Positions 1 to 11,574 of a DNA stretch of 32,000 nucleotides are shown piece after piece. The stretch lies in the NCBI RefSeq assembly GCF_000195855.1, contig NC_002677.1, forward strand, positions 1,110,001 to 1,142,000. Direction: 5' to 3'. The stretch is from Mycobacterium leprae TN (GTDB lineage: Bacteria; Actinomycetota; Actinomycetes; Mycobacteriales; Mycobacteriaceae). Numbering within the stretch: position 1 is the stretch's first letter; every line of letters begins with the position of its first letter. A program made the position numbers and the translations under genes. The notes under the pieces are model-generated. The model was given only the letters and a program-made list of their open reading frames with translations. It did not search any database and had not been told where the DNA came from.

Positions 1-2
1 AT

Positions 3-188
3 GCCGCGGGTGCCAAGATAAACGAGTATCTCAGGCGGATCGGCAGTGAGGGCGTAATTGCGGGTTACAACGGCCTGTGCGGGATGCTCGTCAAGCACGT
101 TGCCGAAGTGACCGGTGAAGACCCTATGGCGGTTGTCTATCGGGCCGAGGAGACTGCACGCAACGTGTTGCCGGAAGAGGAGGAGTGA
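3..188 (+). CDS. 3' end of an unidentified CDS (61 C-terminal codons, open to the window edge)
   Basis: Frame 3 is open from base 3 to TGA at 186-188. Translation is AAGAKINEYLRRIGSEGVIAGYNGLCGMLVKHVAEVTGEDPMAVVYRAEETARNVLPEEEE*. Third codon positions are mostly G/C, as in mycobacterial coding DNA. The ORF is absent from the ORF track only because its start lies outside the window. I did not recognise the family. Confidence 0.4.
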   Translation, partial: AAGAKINEYLRRIGSEGVIAGYNGLCGMLVKHVAEVTGEDPMAVVYRAEETARNVLPEEEE

Positions 189-2729
189 TCGGGCGCGTTG
201 TTTACTGTGGGATCTCAATACAACACCACACCTGGGGTCCTTCGAAATTTGGTCAAAGCCAATCGTGCCGGCGGTCGTTCGGACACGTTAGCTGCATGCT
301 GGGGGTGCTGGAGGCACGCTACAATGTATTAGCAGCATTTGCTATATACACTGGAATGAAATTTGTTTCAACCTTTATTTCTTTGCATGATTATTATGCT
401 ATATTTATGGCAAACTCGATTGTGTGATTTATTACGACATCTGAAGGAAATTTTTATTCCTATAGCTTACACTACTGCTAGTGTCTGGGTTTGTGACTGC
501 TTTAGCTGCAATATAGTTGCTTAATCAATAATATCTCTGAAATCCTCTATTATTTTCGGTTTGGAAATGCTGGCGGAAAGATCGACTGTTAGTGTCTGGT
601 TTCGTGGATATCGAATTTTGCGGTTGACCGTTCGGTATTTCGTAGATAGATTCAATAACGGGAATGCGTAAGCTGCTTTATTGTAACGGGGCTTTCACTA
701 TGGAATTTATCCCAATGCTTTGGTGGTTGGCTGGAATGGTCGCTATACGGCGTTGATCTTGTCTGGAGGGGGGCTGCTGTATGCGGCTGTGAAACATGGT
801 GGCGTGTATATCGGTGGCGGGGAACACCTACTAGGCCCCAATTACCTCATCACATGTATCTGCCGGTATTCCCGACCATGGGGGATGGTGCTTTACCTCC
901 CGATCTGATGCCGTGATCTACCGAGCGGATATTTCTATGACTTGGATCACAATTCTTGGAGTTGTTCATAGGCTTACAGATTGATACCAGAAGTTCTGGT
1001 GGTGCCTTAAATCCTATTTGTAGGGCGTATAATTTTCGGTTTTCACGTGCGTAGATAACCGATAGGTATGTTGTTGCGACAATTTTGCTTAAGGTGGAGA
1101 AAATTCGATGCACATTGCCGAGTACCGGATTTTATCCGGTAACCAAGTACCCTAGTTCTGCCCGCAAAAATAATCGCTTAAGCGAGAGAAATGGAAGCTG
1201 CGAGCATAACGAGGGTTGGCAATGATCTTCATCGTCGTTAAGTTTTAAACCAGACCTGAGTGGAGCAACCGCTGGCGGATTTGGTCGTGTCGTTCATCGC
1301 TGCTACTCGTGCCAAAGTGGGCAATCTGCGATTCGAATGGTCCCGCAGCCTGGACAACTTGGCAGAGTACGTTCTGGTGGACGTTTTCCGTGACGATGAT
1401 ATGGGTGCACCCATGTCAACAGCGATCATTTCACGCAAGCTATGCGGGAGCTGCTGCAGGTACTGAAGTTGATGTCCAAGATCATCAGCCAGATGATGAG
1501 GCGATGGGGGAGATGTCGGTTGACTAGCCGATGATGGTCGATTAACTGCTGACAACCGTTATTCGTCACCCAGCCGATAACTCGGTTCAAAGGAAGTGCA
1601 TCACCGCTCCAAAACGAGCCCGGGTCGAGCCAGTTCAAGTTCTTGTCCGTGACAAGCAATTCCATGTCTTGATAGGTGTCGCCACGGTTTCCGTGAAGTA
1701 TGCCTTCTCTAGAACCATTGTGCACCGTTGATCTTAGCGCCGCTGCATCTTCTTCTGAATCTTCCTGTCCAGCAACGCTAGTAACCCGAATACAGTCGTT
1801 GAGAGTCGGTACACGTCCGCGCAGCCAGCGGCAGGTCAGCTGTACGGGTGGTCGGAAACGCGGTGTCGTTCCTCTGTGCGATCACACGTAGTAGTACATT
1901 ATTTTGTTTACGGCTGGCATATAGCGTCCAGCTGACGCAGCCAGCATCGTTGGGTTCGTTGTAAGATGGTTTGCAGCAGATCGTTAAGCTGAACTATGCG
2001 GTGGTTGGTTCCGATCCATATGTCGACGAGTTTGTCGTCTAGTTCGGCATGTCGATCAGCCGCGGCAAGTCGTCAATGGCGACCGCTATGCCTACGTGGT
2101 TCACCGGACTATTCGTAAATTTCTGGATGGCACGTGGGTCGGGCCGCGAACGGTTCCGAAATAGCCAGAGGTCGTCGGTCCGAATTTCCTTGAGCGGCTT
2201 GATCCAGGGTGAGTGTATTCGAGTCCACACCAGTACGATAAGCGAAGGTAGCCTCTGGCCAGGCGTAGGATTTGGAAGTGTATCGGGCTGGCCGGTGTTG
2301 TCGCTAGCAACGCGCTGGTCCTGCTCGATCAACGGAAACTACGTGCCTACACGGCCGACGAAATCCGTTCCTGACTGCATCAATGGCTGGCATTCCACTC
2401 GGAGGAATTTCGATTCAAATCGAGGTTAGCCGCAGTTTTTGACCGCAACTAAGCGATAGTCACCGGAAGAGTTCGGTATGGCTACCGGTTAGCACACGAA
2501 TTCAGTTGTGCTGCTTCCGCTTTGTCTGGTTACCGAGTGCGTAACGGACGTTGCTATCATTAATCGGTCGCCGTGACACTTTGTCACATGTTTGGTCCGC
2601 TACGGCAAGGCCGCATTAATGTATCCTGGTCACCAGGTGTCGGGCCTATAGGAAATGTCTTGAGTTCAGCTCAGTCACCGCAGGTAGTGAGTTTCATGTG
2701 AGCCGATTGGGTGACTTTCGATAGGTGCG

Positions 2730-4092
2730 GCCTTGGCCTATGACGGTGGTAGTTATTCAGATCTGCTAGTTATATTTGGAATTACCGACGCACTGGCCCG
2801 CAAGATAATTTCCGGGCGTTGTATCAGTTCGAGTTTCGCGGCTTGCTGGATTGCCTAATTTTGGGGTGTTGCCAGTGCTGACGTGCCAATCGAGCAGTTG
2901 GTCGAGTGTGCACGGAAGGACATTAAGCGACTCCGGCGAGACGTTAGACTGCGTGGTGTTTGATAAACTAGCGGGCTGGCTGGACTATCTGCACAGTGAC
3001 GTTACCGATAGCTAACTCGATGACTCGCTGGTCGAACTGATCGGATCGGATTACCCCCTGCACTACGTTGCAAATTCCTTCGGTCTTGTTTACGCCGTTT
3101 GTGGAGAAGCTCGCGAACGTAGGGCTTCTACGGTGGGCACGCGTTATGGTGGAAACGCCGTTTGGTCACGACCTGGATTCGGCGCGGGAACTCAATATTC
3201 GGCTGTGCGCCGTGCTCGACGGAGAGCAGATCCTGCGGTTGGACTACATTGTTATGTAAACAGTCTGTTGTCGAGGTGGAGTACCTGCTATTTGCTAACT
3301 GGGCTTCCGTGCAACTGTGGCACCGCCATAGTGTTTTCGAGATCCACCTACCATGGCTAAGGACTTTCGGTGTGCAGTCCCGTGGCAAGTTCTACGACGC
3401 GGTGGGCACTTTTGCGTGATGTCCTACAAAACACCGCTGCATGTGTTGGCGCTGATCGTGAGGGAGCCGCCGGTGGGGTCGAATGCCGATGACTTGAACG
3501 ACAAGAAGGTCTAGGTGTTTAGAGCGATGTCGGTACTGGGCCCGCAGCGTTGCGTAAGTGGTCAGTACCGTAACTATACCGACTTCGCTGGGGTGGAGAA
3601 AGATTCGCAAACCAAGATGACTTACGTCGCACTGCTGACTGAGATCGACACCTGGCGGTGGGTCGGAGTGCTGATCTTTTTGTGCACGGGAAAGGCCTTG
3701 CTGCAGAAGATCACCGAAGTGCGGTTTTTTTCTGTGCCATGTTCCTGGGTTGGCTTTCCTGCCCAGCCACTGATCAGCTGGACCCAACCAGATCGTGGTG
3801 AGCATCGATCCCGATCCGGGTATGTGCATGCAGCTATCTACCCAACTTGGCGACTTGTGGCATGACGTTCATCCTAGACTCCTCATTTGCTGTGGACCTC
3901 AGTGAACCGGTGCGGCTCTATGAACGGCTTTTCTATGCTGGTTTGACCCGTGATTGGCAGCTTTTCGCCCTGGAAGATGACATCGAAGAGACGTGGCACT
4001 GCTGTCAGACAACCCGGGCAAAACCACCTGAACCATTGCGGTTACTGGGGACCGAGGCTGCGCAGTTGCTGCTGCACGGCCACCGCAGTTGA
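2730..4092 (+). pseudogene. zwf: glucose-6-phosphate 1-dehydrogenase pseudogene (Zwf1/Rv1121-like)
   Basis: N-terminal dinucleotide-binding remnant IFGITDALARK near 2771. ORF 3068..3259 contains VETPFGHDLDSARELNIRLCAVLDGEQILRLDY, which matches the G6PD active-site region (EKPFGxDLxSA ... IYRIDHYLGKE). Similarity is spread over at least three frames with stops. The gene lies directly upstream of the gnd-like pseudogene, as in M. tuberculosis. Confidence 0.7.
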
Positions 4093-4149
4093 CAAGAACT
4101 TTGGTTCTCTGCGGGAACGCCCGCAGTATAGTTACGGAAACCGAAGAAG

Positions 4150-5172
4150 ATGCAGTTGGGGGATGAGCGGCCTTAGCCGGATGGGCACCAAGGTCGTGCG
4201 CTGCTTGGTCAAGGACGGACATGAGTGTGTAGTTTACGATCACAACACTGATGTGGTCACGGCACTGGCCCGGTGAGAGCAAGGAACGGCCGGGGTGTCT
4301 GTCGCTAGCCGAGCTACGCGACAAACTCATTGAGTACCATGAGCAGTCTGGGTGATGATGCCCGAGGGGGATCTCACCACGTCGGTGATCACGGAGTTGG
4401 CTGACACACTCGATGCTGATGACATTGTGATTGACGGCGGCAATTCCTACTACCGCGGTGACATCGAACACGTAAAAGATCTTGTTCATGAATGGGATTA
4501 ATCTTTTTCTGCGGCCCCAGCGGTGGGGTGTGGGTCCGGGAGTGTGGCTACTGCCCTATAATTTAGGGGTGACGACTACGCTTTCGCGCACGCGGAGCCA
4601 CTGTTTGTTACCTCAGCGCCGGGTGTCGAAGCAGCACCGCGTCCGCAGGGACGACACGGCGACTCGCACAAGCGGAGAAGGGCTACTTGTATGTGGCCCG
4701 TGTGGAGCGGGCAATTTCGTCAAGATGGTGCACAACGGGATTTAGTACGGGATGATGGCCTCGCTGGCCGAGGGGCTGAAACATTATGTATAACGCCAAT
4801 ATCGGTATTCGCGTGCAGAGAGGTATCGAAACTGGCGACGCTGGAAAATCTTGAGTTCTATCAGTACGACATCGATATCCCAGCGGTCGCTGGGGTATGG
4901 ATGCGGGAGCAGTGTGATCAGTTCGTGGCTCCTAGATTTGACCGCGTCAACGCTGCACGAATTGTCCGCTCTGGGCGAGTTCGTCGGGCGAGTGTTTGAC
5001 AGTGGGAAGGTCGTGGATGGTTATTACGGCGATCGACGAAGGAGTACCGTAGCCAGTGCTGAAGACCGCTGTGTATACTAGCTGCGTCTTGCCCCAGTTC
5101 GTTGAGTTCGATGCCAAGGTGTTATCGGTGATGCGCAAATAGTTCAGCGGGTACGACGAGAAGCCGTCCTAA
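4150..5172 (+). pseudogene. gnd: 6-phosphogluconate dehydrogenase (decarboxylating, Gnd2/Rv1122-like) pseudogene
   Basis: ATG at 4150 gives MQLG, then a stop. Fragments GTKVVRCLVKDGHECVVYDHNTDVVTALA (ORF 3950..4276), CGPCGAGNFVKMVHNGI (ORF 4482..4745) and a C-terminal LSVMRK*FSGYDEKPS* match the Gnd2 family order. There are multiple frameshifts and in-frame stops. Confidence 0.75.
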
Positions 5173-5283
5173 TTCCTGGTTAAACGGGCGATTTTCGACG
5201 ACGTCGGTGAAAGCGTAATTATCATTACCGGTCGCAGTATGCCTAGCGTTGGATAATTCGACAAACTCCGCCCACGGTACACT

Positions 5284-6010
5284 TTAGCGAGAAAATCTTG
5301 AACGACCTCGGAGGTGATCACGTAGGAGAGTTTTGCCGCGAATCAACAGGACTGGGATCTGCAGGTCGACGGCTGCCTGCTCGATTTTTTCGGTGCGCAA
5401 CTTCGGGTTGTCTCCGGGGGTTTGGTCATCGTCACCGAAGCCCGGTACAAGCACATAGTGTCTGTCGCGCAGGAGCAGATTTTGCAATCCTTCGGGATTG
5501 CGTGGTTTCCTGCGGTGCGGTCAGTAGGCGGCGTTTGCCTCGTCAAGGAAGGTAAAACCGTAGATGTGGCTGGACATGAAATCCCAGATGTGGGCTCTGG
5601 TATTCCTCGCGTAACGCGGCATTATTTCGACCAACACCAACCTGTTGATCACCTATACTTTCGGCGACCGGAATGCTGGTGAGTCCGCCCACGCTGGCCC
5701 CGGGTATTACCCATTGGGTAGGATCTGTATAGTATCGAGCGCGCGAAGGACTGTAGTATGTCAAACTTTCGGGGGGCGTAGTCGGCTTCCGGTGTACGGT
5801 TGCTGTCATTCAATGTCAGCGCGTGTCGATCGCGACGACGTGGTGCCCTTGGTCCGACAGGATTTAGTTGGTGGTCTTCCAGGAGAACCGGTTTTGCTCC
5901 CCAACGTGCAACATTAGGCCTGTTGGTGCTGACTCGGAGCCGCGGTTCCATTCGTTGGCAACCAGGGTGGATCCCACCGGTGCCAGTGCAGCCAACTGGC
6001 TGGGGCTGCG
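5284..6010 (-). pseudogene. alpha/beta-hydrolase (non-haem peroxidase BpoB/Rv1123c-like) pseudogene
   Basis: Minus-strand fragments WGAKPVLLEDHQ (decayed G-x-PVLLLHG N-terminal motif, ORF 5649..5951) and IPVLLIRGKT (typical C-terminal PVLLIxG motif, ORF 5284..5487). The reading frame is broken several times. Position after gnd matches M. tuberculosis synteny. Confidence 0.5.
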
Positions 6011-6229
6011 ATGGTGCTCACGGCTTTCCGACGTTATCTAGCTGAGTAACCGCCTGTTACGGGTGTGTTTGGGGCCTGTGTCCCGGCATCGAATCGGGGA
6101 GTGTGTTCGCGGCTTCGGGAGGTGGGCCGCAATGCCGTTAAATTTTGCGACAATGATTCTTATCAAAACGTTCGACCTCGAATTGGCGGTGGTGTTAATC
6201 TGTCGCCTAGGCAGGGGCAATACCAAGGA

Positions 6230-6813
6230 ATGCCGGTGTCATTCGTATCCGTAGTACTGGAATTTGTTAGTGCGATGGCCTCCGATTCGGCCAATGTTGG
6301 GTTGACCATCGCCGAGGCCACAACCATAGCTGCCGGGTCCAACGACCAGCGATGCTCGCACCCAGGGGCTGACCAGTGTCGGTGGCCATCGTGGTGCTGT
6401 TCGGTGTATATGCCCGGTTTCCCAGGAGCTCGGCACGCAAGCGGGGGGGGGGGGCGTTCTACCCGGCAGTTCGTGCAGGCTTTAACCGGTGCTGCGAGCG
6501 CGTATGCGTCCGCCGAGGTTGCCAACGCGTCGCCGTTGCAAATCCTCGAGTAAGATGTGTAGATTGCGATCAATGTGCCCAACCAGGCGCTTTTAGGGCG
6601 CCCAACTGATTGGCAGCGGTCCCGTCGGGGTGTTTGCTGGTAACTAATGGTTGGCCGGGCGTTATTTTGGTTGGCAAGATGAGGCAACGGCTATACCGAT
6701 GCAACTTCGCCGGCCTAATCGGAGGGAACGGCGTATGCGCCAGGTTTCTTGGCAACGGCGGTGCAGCCAGCAGCGGTGGTCATGGTGCAGGTGCAAAGAG
6801 CCCGTCGCGCTAA
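6230..6813 (+). pseudogene. PE / PE-PGRS family pseudogene
   Basis: ATG at 6230 follows AAGGA. Translation MPVSFVSVVLEFVSAMASDSANVGLTIAEATTIAAG ... RQFVQALTGAASAYASAEVANASPLQ matches the PE domain consensus (MSFV..PE..AAA..L..IGS ... FHxQFVQAL...Y..AEAANA). The middle (VSVAIVVLFGVYA) is in another frame. The downstream LLGRP ... GNG-type remnant is typical of the PGRS linker. Confidence 0.7.
6443..6454. repeat. homopolymeric G12 tract inside the PE pseudogene
   Basis: Direct count in gcaagcGGGGGGGGGGGGcgttc. The tract sits where the PE consensus (SAQAAAFHxQFVQAL) has no glycine run, and next to one of the frame changes. Confidence 0.95.
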
Positions 6814-7777
6814 CCTGCTATGTACTCGTCATAGGCGGGCGGCTGCGGCGTATCGGGCCATAGCTCGGAGAAGCGGTCGTATAAAACTCGGTCCCTAGCC
6901 GTCCTGTCCACACCATCGAATAACCTGGTGCAGCATTTCCTGAGTTGTGGCCACAGGTCCCCTCCATGTACGAGTAGTCACTGCATTAGAGCACGTTGTT
7001 GAAGCCCATTGCGGTCATCGCCGCGATCACCGACAAGTCGTGCTGGAACGAAGAGTAAATCGGTGAGTAGATGATCTCGTGCGGACAGTGATTGAGCTTG
7101 GGCCGCAACACCATTGTATGTTGGCGCTATCCCCTTTCACTCGGTCGGCGGTGAGTGGCACGCACGTCGCGCCGCTCTCGGACACCAAACCTCCGCGCTT
7201 CGGGTGCCGATCCAATGCTCCCGAGGTTGCGCGCTTGACCACCGTGCGATGGCCGCCGAACGACGTCTCGGTGTAGTTGAGCACTGCACCGCCCAGGCCG
7301 CGGTAGGTCACCACGATCGAGTTGCTGGAGGAAACATCGGTTGGCTTGGTGCCGATGCGGAAAGCGATCATCATGCCGATGTCTTCAGCGGTGGCCCAGA
7401 ACGGCTCCTACTACTCGCGGTGGTAGTGGCGCTGCGTGATGTGCGGAGTGACGGGGAGAAAGGCTGCCTTGAAAACCGTTGCGCCGCAAAGTTTAAATTC
7501 GTTTACTGTATCGTCGGTATCAGTATTTAACACTTGTGTTATGGGAATTAGCCGCGATGATTAGTTGATAATTGTTTTTTTGGACCAGTCGTTGGATGCC
7601 CGCATCGCTTAGCGCAACAGCTCCAGAATCTAGAAACGAGCCGGACCACGTGCCCAATGACGGGAACACCGATTCCGACCAGATACCTTCGCTGTCGAGA
7701 TCGGCAATCCGCTTTTCGAGGTCGCGGACGTCCGGCGCGGCAGTCGTGGCCGGCAGAAATTGCTCTTGGGCAGCCAT
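6810..7777 (-). pseudogene. amidohydrolase-2 (metal-dependent hydrolase) family pseudogene
   Basis: Minus-strand N-terminal ORF 7520..7777 contains RIADLDSEGIWSESVFPSLG (compare RLADMDxxGIxxEVLFPS of the ACMSD-type amidohydrolase family). ORF 7027..7374 begins MMIAFRIGTKP (compare the LxFHxG motif). The tail ends ...PPAYDEYIAG* at 6810. The gene is split into several frames. Confidence 0.45.
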
Positions 7778-8079
7778 GAGTGCTACAGGTCAGCAGGTTC
7801 GATGAAATGAGAGTCGCAGAGTTAGCCTAAAGTTTTACGGGTGTTATCATGAGTTCATCTACTAAAATAATACTCTGAATATTGTCATACTGTCTACACC
7901 TGGTCGGCCGCTGTGGTCAGCACTGAGGTGGTTTGGAGCACACAGCTGAAGCGGCCTCTCCGAAATTGGTGGAACCGATGGCGGTGATTTTTCGTTGTCG
8001 CCGTAGTCCATCAATGTCCAAAGGTCGACGACCCCAATACACTATGGAGACTCGCGTGTGCCCAGCCCGGTCAGCGATC

Positions 8080-8558
8080 ATGCCCTCACTATGGCTCGAC
8101 TACAACTTGGAAGAGGCTGTATAGTTTTACATTTCGATTTTCTTGAACTTGTAGATCGAAGGATGCAACCAGTACACCGAAGCGGGTTTGGGTGAATCTG
8201 GTCGGGTGGTGAGTGGAACTTTCGTATTGACCGGCGTTAGTTTCATCAAGACCAACGGTGGTCCTAAATTCCCGTTAATCGAGGTAGTCTCGCTCACGAT
8301 CAACTGCGAGGACCAAGACGAGGTAAATTTACTACTACTGGGAGCGGTTAACCGACGGCTGCGAGGAAGCGCAGTGCGGCTGCTGGTAAGGGCCGCTTCG
8401 TCCTGTATTGTCAGATCGTTCCGGATCGGCTCTATGAGCTGATCAGCGATCCGTGTCAGGCCTGAGCGACGGTGGCCACCAAGGCGATGCTAGGTATGCG
8501 CAAGATCGTTGTAGCCGAGCTGAAATGGGCGTTTGCCCAATTGTGTGCCGAAGGGTGA
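8080..8558 (+). pseudogene. VOC / PhnB-like (3-demethylubiquinone-9 3-methyltransferase domain) protein pseudogene
   Basis: Fragments MPSLWLDYNLEEAV*FY, GTFVLTGVSFIKTNGGPKFPLIEVVSLTINCEDQDEV and a frame-shifted VLYCQIVPDRLYELISDP ... AMLGMRKIVVAELKWAF follow the conserved order of this family (ITPCLWFDG..EA..FY; F.ALNGGP.F.F.EA.S..V.C..Q.EVD; WQIVP..L..L). Stops and frameshifts are present. Confidence 0.6.
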
Positions 8559-8560
8559 GC

Positions 8561-9143
8561 TCATTCGGTGAGCCGGTCGGTCCAGTCGATTGTGGCGTTA
8601 ATGATCGCCTGCACATCGTCCGAGTTGTCGCATCCGGCCGCCATCAGCGACGTCTCCGCCATGGTGGCCATCAGTACGCGGCTCAGCAGTTGGTCGCGTA
8701 GGGACGTATCCAACTGCAGAAGGCGGCCATCATGCGGTCGCGACGGGAGATCTCGAAGCCTGCAGGTGTGTCTCCGGACGACAGCACCCTGGCCGGGTGC
8801 CGGTTTTCCCACATCGTCTCGAGGTAGGGCCCGTACGTGGACTTCGAATACCCGCTGCCGATCGATCCCCGCTGGGACGGATTGGCCCGCTTGTTGCATC
8901 GCCGCGGCGATGCGGTGGTCGACGCTGTCGGCCCATTTGCTCGAAGATCGCCAGAAACAGTTTGCGTTTGCCCCCGAAGTGGTGATAAATGCTGCCGATG
9001 ATGGCGCCAGAGCCGGTCATCGCGTCGGTCATCGTTGCCGTGGTGAAGCTACGAGTCGCGAATACCTCGATCGCTGCGTCGAGGATTCGCCGCTGGATGG
9101 CGCCGGTCTTGGCCCAGCGGTGGGTCCGCGCGGAGGTCGTCAT
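8561..9143 (-). pseudogene. TetR-family transcriptional regulator pseudogene
   Basis: Minus-strand ORF 8730..9191 carries a typical TetR HTH: RRILDAAIEVFATRSFTTATMTDAMTGSGAIIGSIYHHFGGKRKLFLAIFEQ. It then runs out of frame. The C-terminal part (DQLLSRVLMATMAETSLMAAGCDNSDDVQAIINATIDWTDRLTE*) is in ORF 8561..8899. At least one frameshift. Confidence 0.7.
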
Positions 9144-9384
9144 ACGGTTAGACGTTAACGGGTATGCCGCGCTGCCAGGCGAACCTTGCATTGTCTAGCC
9201 GAGATCACACCGGTCGGGGTCGATGGGCTCGCGTTACGTTGTTCGGGTGCATGTCCTATCGGGTAAGCCAGCCGGACGTGCTGAACAGGAGTAAACATGG
9301 CGGCGATGCTGCTCATTCTGGCTAGGACTGCAGCGCGACGACGGGTGACGCTCATCGTGCGAGTGCACTGGGTATCCCGCGTTG

Positions 9385-10284
9385 ACTGAGCCACGCGGGA
9401 TCGATGTGCCAGGGCCCGCTGGGGACCTCAAGGACCTGATCTGGGTGCCGGCCCGATTCCCCGATCGCGTTGTGTCTGTATGGCTTCCCTGACACTGCCT
9501 ACGGTCGGCGCAAGATCGCTCCCTAGCTGGTCCAGCCGGGTTGGCGGGTAGTCGCCACCTTTCATGCGCGGGTACGCCCCGTCGTCGATATCTATCGCCG
9601 GCAGTTATCACGTTAGTGCGTTGATGGATGATGCGTTGCGCGTGCGACTGGTTGCGGGCGGCACCGAACGCGATGTGGTGATTGGTCACGACTGGGGTGC
9701 CATGGCTGCCACCGGCCTGGCCGCGATACCTGACAGTTCGTTCGTTAAGGCGGTGATCATTTCAGTGTCGCGTGCGGCAACGTTTCGCTCGTTTGGTCGG
9801 CTGGCCGACCGTGGATGGCTGGTGCTGGCGCTACCGCATAAACTACTGCGCAGTTGGTGTCCAACTACCTTGGCTGCCTGAGAATTCCACTTATTGGTTG
9901 CTGCAGCTGCTGTGGCGGCGGTGGTTACAGGGCTATCGCAGTGCGGGTGAGGATCTTCGCCACGTGGACGCCGCGATCAGGACGTCAGAGAGCTGGCGGG
10001 CGGTGCTAGGACCGTACCGGGGTCTTGTTACACAACGCCCGGCCGTCGATGCGGTATGCCGAATCGGAGTTGTTGTGGGCCGAGTCGCCCATGTTGCCGA
10101 ATAGTTTACCTGCATGATTGTGACGAAAGTTGCTTGGCACCGGTTTTCACTCGCTGGATGGAGAAGATGCTGCAGGCCGGGCAGTGAGGCGGCAATCGTG
10201 GAGCATGCTGGGCATTTCCTGCAGCTTGAACAATCGGACAAGGTTGGTGAGGTGGTCCTGGTGTTCATCGGCTCACCTGGCTGA
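9385..10284 (+). pseudogene. epoxide hydrolase-type alpha/beta hydrolase (EphC/Rv1124-like) pseudogene
   Basis: Fragments LCLYGFPDTAYG (HGFP motif), VVIGHDWGAMAATGLAA (nucleophile elbow, ORF 9564..9881) and a C-terminal VEHAGHFLQLEQSDKVGEVVLVFIGSPG* (catalytic His region). They lie in different frames with stops. Confidence 0.65.
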
Positions 10285-11574
10285 TGCCATGGCGGCATGT
10301 CGGATGACCGTCGTTGACGGGCAGTTCTACTGGATGTCGGCCAAAGTCTCCAACGACCAGTTCCGGTTTTACGCACCCGACGTCCAACTAACCCGGTTCA
10401 ATTGTGTCATTGACAAGGTTAGTTACCGCGCCTGAGCCTGCCCGGATTTGGCGATGCGTGTCGACGACGGGTCTGCCCTGACTTACCCACGGTGGATTTC
10501 GGCGGGCGTCAAGCCCGCGTAGTTGGTTGAGCATAAGCTCATTGATCGCTTTTGGCACGGTTGTCTGGCCGCAGTGTTTAGCCTTGCTAGCGAACAGTTA
10601 GACATTCGCCAGGTGCCTTGGCGGCTGAGCTTTTTCACACCGGTGCTAGGATTCTGAGGTTCATCGGCCTGGGCGTCGTTGCGGTCATGCAGGTAGCGCA
10701 TGCTCTGGCCAGTGGAGCCCGTACTTCGGCGATGGCTGTCTGGTTTCTCTGTCGGTTGGCCCCGGTACCCGAGGTGGCACGGCTATCGGCAGGTTTTTTG
10801 TCGTGGTGAGTGATCGATGCGGTTAGTACGCACTGTCGGATGGTGTGCGCGATATCTGCGCCGGGGTTGCTGGCTATCGCCATTGGGCGGCTGCCGCTAT
10901 CGACCAACGCCCGCCCAGAGGATACCCGCGTCGTGCGCATGCTGACACAGCATCGTGCACAGCTGCTTGGTCCCACGGTTACTGTCGCCGTGCTGGCCGC
11001 GGTGTCCAGGGCGATGTATGAAATGTTCGATGAATAGGAGGATGCTCTGGGAGCTGAGGTTCCTCATATCCAAAATATTTGTGCTACATGATCATAACCG
11101 TTTAAGAGACGTCGTGTGGGGCTATATTCGGAGCGCCCGAGTGTAGCGGATAGCGACCGATCTGGCCAACGGTCGTCGCCGCTTCCAGCATCCGGTTGTG
11201 CGCGCAGCCGGATGCGTTTTTGCCGTTATACCGGGCTGCGTTGCTGCATTGGGGCATGTTGTTGTTGTTCGACCCGGATGCCGGGATCGCATTGGTGTCC
11301 GGGCATCCGGTGGTGTCTGGCGTGTACTGCGGAGCAGCGGACCCCAGTTTCGGTGGTGCTGAGAGGCTGCTAACCGGCATTGTTGTCTGCGATGAGCTTG
11401 ACCCATGGCGTATACGGCATCGTCGCGATCAGTGTGTACGCGGCCAAGTCGGCGGTGGCTGATATCGATGATTATTTGCAGTTGTTGGACTCTACCCACA
11501 ACACAATAAATATACAATTCTTGTCTGTAACAAAGCGGGGTATAACGTGCTGCAATTAAATGTTGGATAGAACA

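Noticed and set aside
1238-2430. Minus-strand ORFs 1426..1725 and 2039..2332 with partly protein-like translations (ILHGNRGDTYQDMELLVTDKNLNWLDPGSFW; PWIKPLKEIRTDDLWLFRNRSRPDPRAIQKF)
   Set aside because: These are probably relics of one or two decayed genes upstream of zwf. I could not assign a family or define boundaries, so no feature is claimed.
3899-4489. 196-aa minus-strand ORF
   Set aside because: It is antisense to the zwf/gnd pseudogene junction. It has a low-complexity, Arg/His/Ser-rich translation and no recognisable motif.
6163-6687. 174-aa minus-strand ORF
   Set aside because: It is antisense to the PE/PE-PGRS relic. The PE domain consensus on the plus strand explains the region.
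8568-9158. 196-aa plus-strand ORF
   Set aside because: It is exactly antisense to the TetR pseudogene, whose HTH motif is unambiguous on the minus strand. Its composition is Arg/Ser/Ala-rich.
9141-9166. Imperfect inverted repeat catacggttagacgttaacgggtatg overlapping the TetR pseudogene start, considered as a possible relic autoregulatory operator
   Set aside because: The arms do not pair cleanly. Only the cgttaacg core and the catac/gtatg ends match, and the regulator is dead. The evidence is too weak to annotate.
10300-11480. GC-rich stretch with overlapping ORFs on both strands (for example 10635..10976 minus, 10810..11037 plus and 11122..11583 minus) and a (GTT)4 microsatellite at about 11258-11270
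   Set aside because: No frame gives a recognisable family. This is likely decayed coding DNA (Rv1125-like by position), but that is unsupported. The microsatellite is too short to be notable.
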